Shown here piece after piece: positions 7,148 through 10,846 of a stretch of DNA of 10,846 nt. The translations under genes and the position numbers were made by a program. The stretch's first letter is position 1; each line of letters opens with the position of its first letter. Location of the stretch: contig JBBSDV010000111.1 in assembly GCA_038240335.1 (NCBI GenBank), positions 1-10,846 of the forward strand, read 5' to 3'. Below the pieces are notes generated by a model, which was not told where the DNA came from, did no database searches, and saw nothing but the letters and a program-made list of their open reading frames with translations. The DNA comes from Dehalococcoidia bacterium (lineage in GTDB: Bacteria > Chloroflexota > Dehalococcoidia > DSTF01 > JACRBR01).

Positions 7148-9061
7148 TTACACCAACTCCGGCGCGTCGATGCGCGCCATCTCTTCGTCCGTCGCGAGCT
7201 CGCGGAGGATGGCGGGGAACAGCGGCGGGTAGAGGGTGTGAAGGTAGGCGTACATCTCCTCGATCATGCCGGCGGTGTCGTGGATGCACATCCAGGCACG
7301 CTGGATTTCGTTAATCGCGAGGTAGGCCTCTTTGCAATGCTCCTGCAGGAGGGCGAGCAGGCGCTGCACGGCGCGCGCGTCGATCGAGCAGTTGGTGATG
7401 AACTTCGTGTTCTCTGCCTGCAATTGCCGCGCCAGCGCCGAGGCGCGCCGCCGCCGACGCTCTGCGTTCTGGAGATGCGACTCGGAGTCTGCGCGGTCTC
7501 CTTCGTCGCCCGCACGCTCACCGAGACGCTCGATGCCTTGTCGTAAGTAGGCGACCCGGGTATCGACGAAGATCTCGAGCACGCGATCGAGGCCGCGCAA
7601 TGCGCGCTCTGGCAGCGGCTTCATCTCGCGAGAGACGCGCGCGGCGATCTCGGGCGATGCAAGTTCTTCACGAAGGACCTCGGCGATCGCCATGCCGTGC
7701 ATGTACGGCCACTTGTTGCGGTCTTCGTCAGGCTGCCAGCCGTAGTTGCAGGCACGCTGCATAATCCGCATGTGCATCGTCAGGCGTGTCGCGGGATCGA
7801 GACCGACGAAGTCGTACCCACGCTCGTCGAGCTCCGGACCGGTAAGCGGGATCGCGAGATCGTGGCCAAACGCCGTCACGAGCGCGCGGAAGGTATCGGC
7901 GAGAAAACGCCCCGGCTCCCAGAAGATGAACGGCCAGCGGCGAAACACCTCGGCATCGTTGTCGAGACCGTTGTACTCGCCCGCGTGCAGAGGTGGGTAA
8001 TGACCGTCGCTCCGCAGCACGAGCCGGATCTCGGGCGCCCACGATGCCTGGTGAAAGCGCATATGCGGCAGCGGGCGGCCCTGTGCGCGTCTGTCGTCGA
8101 TGTATTGATCGGGCGTCACGAACCGGATGTCGGCGATGCCCTCCGCGCGCACCGCGCTCCACGCTTCGGCGAGAATGTCGAGGGCCTCCTCGCCGAAGTC
8201 CATCAGCTCGAGGTCCTGGATGTACAGCAGCAGGCCGCCGTCGGGAGCTTCGCGCAACGCCTTCCGCAGCGTCTCGGTGTACTCCTCGACGCCCTGCTCT
8301 CGCGTGATCGGGAACGAGACCGTTCGACCGTCGCGGTACTCCTCATCGAGCACCGGGTATTTGCCGAGGATGTAACCCTGCGGCGCGAGGCGGTCCGGCT
8401 CCCATTTCGTGATCGGTCGCCAGATCTCCTGCGAGATGGGAAAGTGCCGCGGCAGCGCGAGGAGTCCGTCGTCGATCGTGAAGGCGGCGAAGGTCGGATC
8501 GATGCCGGCGGTCGTACCCTCGAACTCGTAGCGCATCTTTCGGTGGCTGATGTTCGGGAAGATGACGAACTCCATGCCGGCCTGCTTGAAACCGGAGAGC
8601 TTTCGCGCGTCGATCGAGCCCTCCATCGGGAAGGCGCCGAGATGGCGCGGCTCCGGCGCACGGACGACGTCACGGAGGAACTCGCGGTTCAGCCGCAGTT
8701 CGTCCGCGAGCTCGTCGTCGGTGAGCATTGAGATGTGTGTATGGAAGGCGTTGCCGTAAATGGGATACAGGTCGCCGGCGCGATATGCCTCGCCGAGACG
8801 GGCGAAGGTCTCGGGCATGTGACGCCGCACCTGCATCAGGATCTCGTTGGTTGCTTCGAGGCAGACGGGAGCGCCGAGCCGTTTGCCGAAGTCGATCAGG
8901 TTGGCGTAAATGTCGCGGCCAGCATCGGCGCGCTTCTTCACCCAGTTGTCGTTGCCGACGGCCTCGCGCCGCACATCCTCGTCGTGCAGCGTGTCGAGGA
9001 CGCTTCGCGGCAGATCCCAGAGCGGCTCTTGCGCATGGAACGCGAGGATGACGCTGATCAT
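7148..9061 (-). CDS. Divergent glycoside hydrolase family 57-like protein (637 aa)
   Basis: The N-terminus MISVILAFHAQEPLWD matches the GH57 'hxHQP' start. YGNAFHTHISML resembles the GH57 'TSNATHGYSPLL' block. LLLYIQDLELMDFGEE resembles the acid/base region 'YDAELFGHW'. A long alpha-helical C-terminal extension follows. ATG 9061; stop TAA (tta on +) at 7148-7150. Confidence 0.65.
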   Translation of the reverse strand: MISVILAFHAQEPLWDLPRSVLDTLHDEDVRREAVGNDNWVKKRADAGRDIYANLIDFGKRLGAPVCLEATNEILMQVRRHMPETFARLGEAYRAGDLYPIYGNAFHTHISMLTDDELADELRLNREFLRDVVRAPEPRHLGAFPMEGSIDARKLSGFKQAGMEFVIFPNISHRKMRYEFEGTTAGIDPTFAAFTIDDGLLALPRHFPISQEIWRPITKWEPDRLAPQGYILGKYPVLDEEYRDGRTVSFPITREQGVEEYTETLRKALREAPDGGLLLYIQDLELMDFGEEALDILAEAWSAVRAEGIADIRFVTPDQYIDDRRAQGRPLPHMRFHQASWAPEIRLVLRSDGHYPPLHAGEYNGLDNDAEVFRRWPFIFWEPGRFLADTFRALVTAFGHDLAIPLTGPELDERGYDFVGLDPATRLTMHMRIMQRACNYGWQPDEDRNKWPYMHGMAIAEVLREELASPEIAARVSREMKPLPERALRGLDRVLEIFVDTRVAYLRQGIERLGERAGDEGDRADSESHLQNAERRRRRASALARQLQAENTKFITNCSIDARAVQRLLALLQEHCKEAYLAINEIQRAWMCIHDTAGMIEEMYAYLHTLYPPLFPAILRELATDEEMARIDAPELV

Positions 9062-9182
9062 GCCGAGGCCAGCGCTGCGCGCTTGACATGCGTATGAGCG
9101 ACGACTGCGCAGCGAGAGAGAATGGAACTACGTCCACGACTCACGGTCGGTGCTTGACCATGCTCCGCGATGCGATGACGGG

Positions 9183-9200
9183 ACAGGTCTGAAGACCTGT
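9183..9200 (-). terminator. 7-bp stem / tetraloop hairpin (acaggtc-tgaa-gacctgt) about 35 nt downstream of the GH57 stop
   Basis: A perfect inverted repeat is seen in the 176-bp spacer between the two GH57 genes. No U-tract follows. Confidence 0.25.
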
Positions 9201-9237
9201 GCTTGCGGGCAACGGGACTCCTGCTCATAGCCAATTC

Positions 9238-10542
9238 TCAATCCCAGAACAGCTGATCGTGGATTTTGGCCGTAATGTCGCGGGAGGCGACGACCTTGTA
9301 GTAGGCGTCGCGCTTGATCTCCTCCGGGGCGGAACTGAGGTTGATCGCCCGGAAGGCGTTGAGCACCGCGGCCGCTTGTTGGTCGAGGCCGCGGGCGATC
9401 ATGTTGACGTCCCAGTGGGGCCGGCGGCTTGCCCACCAGAACTGGCACGAATGGAGCGCCGGGTCCATGAGGCCGCGGGCAATCTCCGCGTGTCGCGACG
9501 CCGATGCCGTGTCGGCTACCTCCTGCGCCTTCCAGACGAGCGCAAGAGCGAGGGCGACGTGCTCCCACTGCAGCTTGTGGATGTAGTTGCCGGGAGCGTT
9601 CCACAACGGATACGGCACGCCGGCGTCGAGGTCCTCGTGCGTCGTGCTCCATGACGCCGGGCGCGGCTCAATCGCCGTCGCGCGCGGGAAGTGATCGAAC
9701 AACTCGCTAATTGTCGACGAGACAACGCGATCGGTCGTCGTCGAATCCTGCGTCATCGTCAGCAACGCGCGCGTGTTTCGCGCGAGCGAACGTGATTGGA
9801 CGACGGCCTCGTACGGCGCGACGGCGTCGTATGCTTCGGCAAGGAAGAGCTGATCCCAGTTCTCGATGTGGTGGCCGAACGTCTCGGCATCCATCGCGGT
9901 GACGATGTACATGTCGCTGTCGTCGTTGCCGTGGGCGCCGCGCAGATGGTCGATGAAACCCTTTCCATCGAGATCCTGAAACGAGATCTTGTTGCTCAGC
10001 ACGTCATCGCGAAAGATCACGGCGACGTTGTGGCCCTCGCGCGACGTCGTCTCATAGATCATCCGCGTCGGCCATCCGGCGGGACAGGCGACCCCGCTCA
10101 TGATCACCCACTCGTGCCCGAGATCGATCATCGGGTCGAGGAACGAGTTGTCGTAGCACATCTCCGGCGGAAAGAAGCCCTTCGGCTGGTACGCGTCGCC
10201 GAAGAAGTGGCGGTTCGTCAGGTGGTTGCGGCGAATCTGCCGGCGCTGTTCGTGGTCGTTGATCAGCGGCAGGATCGCGTGGTACTTCGCCGAGCCGACG
10301 AACTCGACCTGCCCACGCTCCGCGAGATCTTTCAGCCCGTTGATGACGTCCTGATAGCCGCTTTCATACAGCATTTCGGTGAGCACGCCGTTGATGTTGA
10401 CGGCCGCTTTCGCATGCGGGTGCTGCTTGAAGACATCGATCAGCGGGCGGTACGACTCGTCGACGACCTTTCGCAGCACTTCAGGGATCTGGATCGGGGG
10501 CTGATAGAAGTGCAGCAGCGATGCCCAGTAAATTGTCGCCAT
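9238..10542 (-). CDS. Glycoside hydrolase family 57 (alpha-glucan active enzyme, e.g. branching enzyme/alpha-amylase-type)
   Basis: MATIYWASLLHFYQPP is the GH57 N-terminal signature. GFFPPEMCY matches the nucleophile-Glu region of Thermus/Thermococcus GH57 (..GFWLPEMAY..). AMDAETFGHH matches the acid/base Asp region (YDAELFGHW). ATG 10542 is chosen because the 24-codon upstream extension to 10614 is Arg-rich and non-protein-like. Stop TGA (tca on +) at 9238-9240. Confidence 0.8.
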   Translation of the reverse strand: MATIYWASLLHFYQPPIQIPEVLRKVVDESYRPLIDVFKQHPHAKAAVNINGVLTEMLYESGYQDVINGLKDLAERGQVEFVGSAKYHAILPLINDHEQRRQIRRNHLTNRHFFGDAYQPKGFFPPEMCYDNSFLDPMIDLGHEWVIMSGVACPAGWPTRMIYETTSREGHNVAVIFRDDVLSNKISFQDLDGKGFIDHLRGAHGNDDSDMYIVTAMDAETFGHHIENWDQLFLAEAYDAVAPYEAVVQSRSLARNTRALLTMTQDSTTTDRVVSSTISELFDHFPRATAIEPRPASWSTTHEDLDAGVPYPLWNAPGNYIHKLQWEHVALALALVWKAQEVADTASASRHAEIARGLMDPALHSCQFWWASRRPHWDVNMIARGLDQQAAAVLNAFRAINLSSAPEEIKRDAYYKVVASRDITAKIHDQLFWD

Positions 10543-10625
10543 ACATCGCCCGTGCTGCCGGGCGTGCCTCCTTGTGAAGCGCCATATCGCCCGGGGATGA
10601 CGTACAAAGAGCACGCATCGCGCCG

Positions 10626-10663
10626 GGTAAAAAGAAGGCGTCCGCCACGAGGCGGCCGCGTCC
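10626..10663 (-). terminator. Rho-independent terminator for the upstream partial gene (GC stem with 1x1 mismatch + UUCUUUUUA)
   Basis: The - strand reads ..gcggccgcc-tcgt-ggcggacgc-cttcttttta, beginning 12 nt after the TAA of the partial gene. Confidence 0.5.
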
Positions 10664-10674
10664 TTGAGTTTAGC

Positions 10675-10846
10675 TTACGGCAGCTTCCGGCGGCGCAGCC
10701 ATGCCTTCGCGGGCCGCGAAGTCTCGCAAGTCTATATCAGGGAACAGTTTGTCCCGCTGCCAGAGGGTCTCGACAAGCTGCTCGTCGATGTCACCGCGCT
10801 CGATCTGATCAGCGAGCTGTTCGAAGCGCTCGACGTGTTGCGTAAA
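10675..10846 (-). CDS. 3' end (C-terminal 57 aa) of an unidentified protein-coding gene continuing beyond the window
   Basis: The - strand frame is open from the window edge: ..FTQHVERFEQLADQIERGDIDEQLVETLWQRDKLFPDIDLRDFAAREGMAAPPEAAVS*. It has a G/C-rich third position and a protein-like composition. The opposing + frame is Arg-rich junk. Stop TAA (tta) at 10675-10677, followed by a terminator. It is not in the ORF track because it has no in-window start. Confidence 0.4.

Noticed and set aside
6746-7550. + strand ORFs 6746..7546, 7084..7314 and 7332..7550
   Set aside because: They span the flotillin N-terminus antisense, the intergenic spacer and the GH57-like antisense. They have no ribosome-binding site and are compositionally junk.
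7697-9097. + strand ORFs 7697..8731 (344 aa), 8735..9097 and others, antisense to the GH57-like gene
   Set aside because: They are antisense artefacts. The sense strand has GH57 signature blocks.
10543-10614. 24-codon N-terminal extension of the GH57 ORF to 10614
   Set aside because: The extension (LFVRHPRAIWRFTRRHARQHGRC) is Arg-rich and starts at a non-ATG codon. GH57 proteins characteristically begin just before the hxHQP motif, which supports ATG 10542.
9796-10845. + strand ORF 9796..10845 (349 aa)
   Set aside because: It is antisense to the GH57 gene for most of its length and becomes Arg-rich junk over the terminator and partial-gene region. The - strand explains the sequence better.
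1-10846. CRISPR arrays, tRNA/rRNA genes, IS elements or integrase remnants
   Set aside because: No regularly spaced direct repeats, no tRNA-like cloverleaf candidates, and no transposase or integrase-like ORFs were found on either strand.

Overview
This is a high-GC (roughly two-thirds G+C) bacterial chromosomal segment of about 10.8 kb. GTG and TTG starts are used, and long spurious antisense ORFs are common. Read left to right, the + strand carries a 5'-truncated, soluble multi-PAS sensor histidine kinase of the NarL/HisKA_3 type. It is translationally coupled, through a GTGA overlap, to a LuxR/NarL-family response regulator. A 170-bp spacer follows, then a compact three-gene + strand operon. 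Gene 1 is a small TasA/camelysin-like secreted protein with a SipW-cognate-type signal peptide. Gene 2 is a SipW-type (archaeal/ER-type, Ser-His) signal peptidase I. Gene 3 is a larger secreted protein with an FN3-like domain, a Cys-containing C-terminal domain, and the same unusual signal-peptide motif. Together they look like a TasA/SipW-style extracellular fibre or matrix assembly system, and this is the most interesting part of the window. After a roughly 400-bp convergent non-coding spacer, everything is on the - strand. First comes a partial unknown gene followed by a good intrinsic terminator. Next is a GH57 glycoside hydrolase with catalytic Glu and Asp motifs intact, then a divergent GH57-like paralogue. 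Last is a YqiK-type flotillin (SPFH) gene with about 74-aa internal tandem repeats. As sequenced it is disrupted by a frameshift in a C4/G4 run and by an in-frame TAA, so it is either a pseudogene or carries sequencing errors. No tRNA, rRNA, CRISPR array or mobile element is evident.
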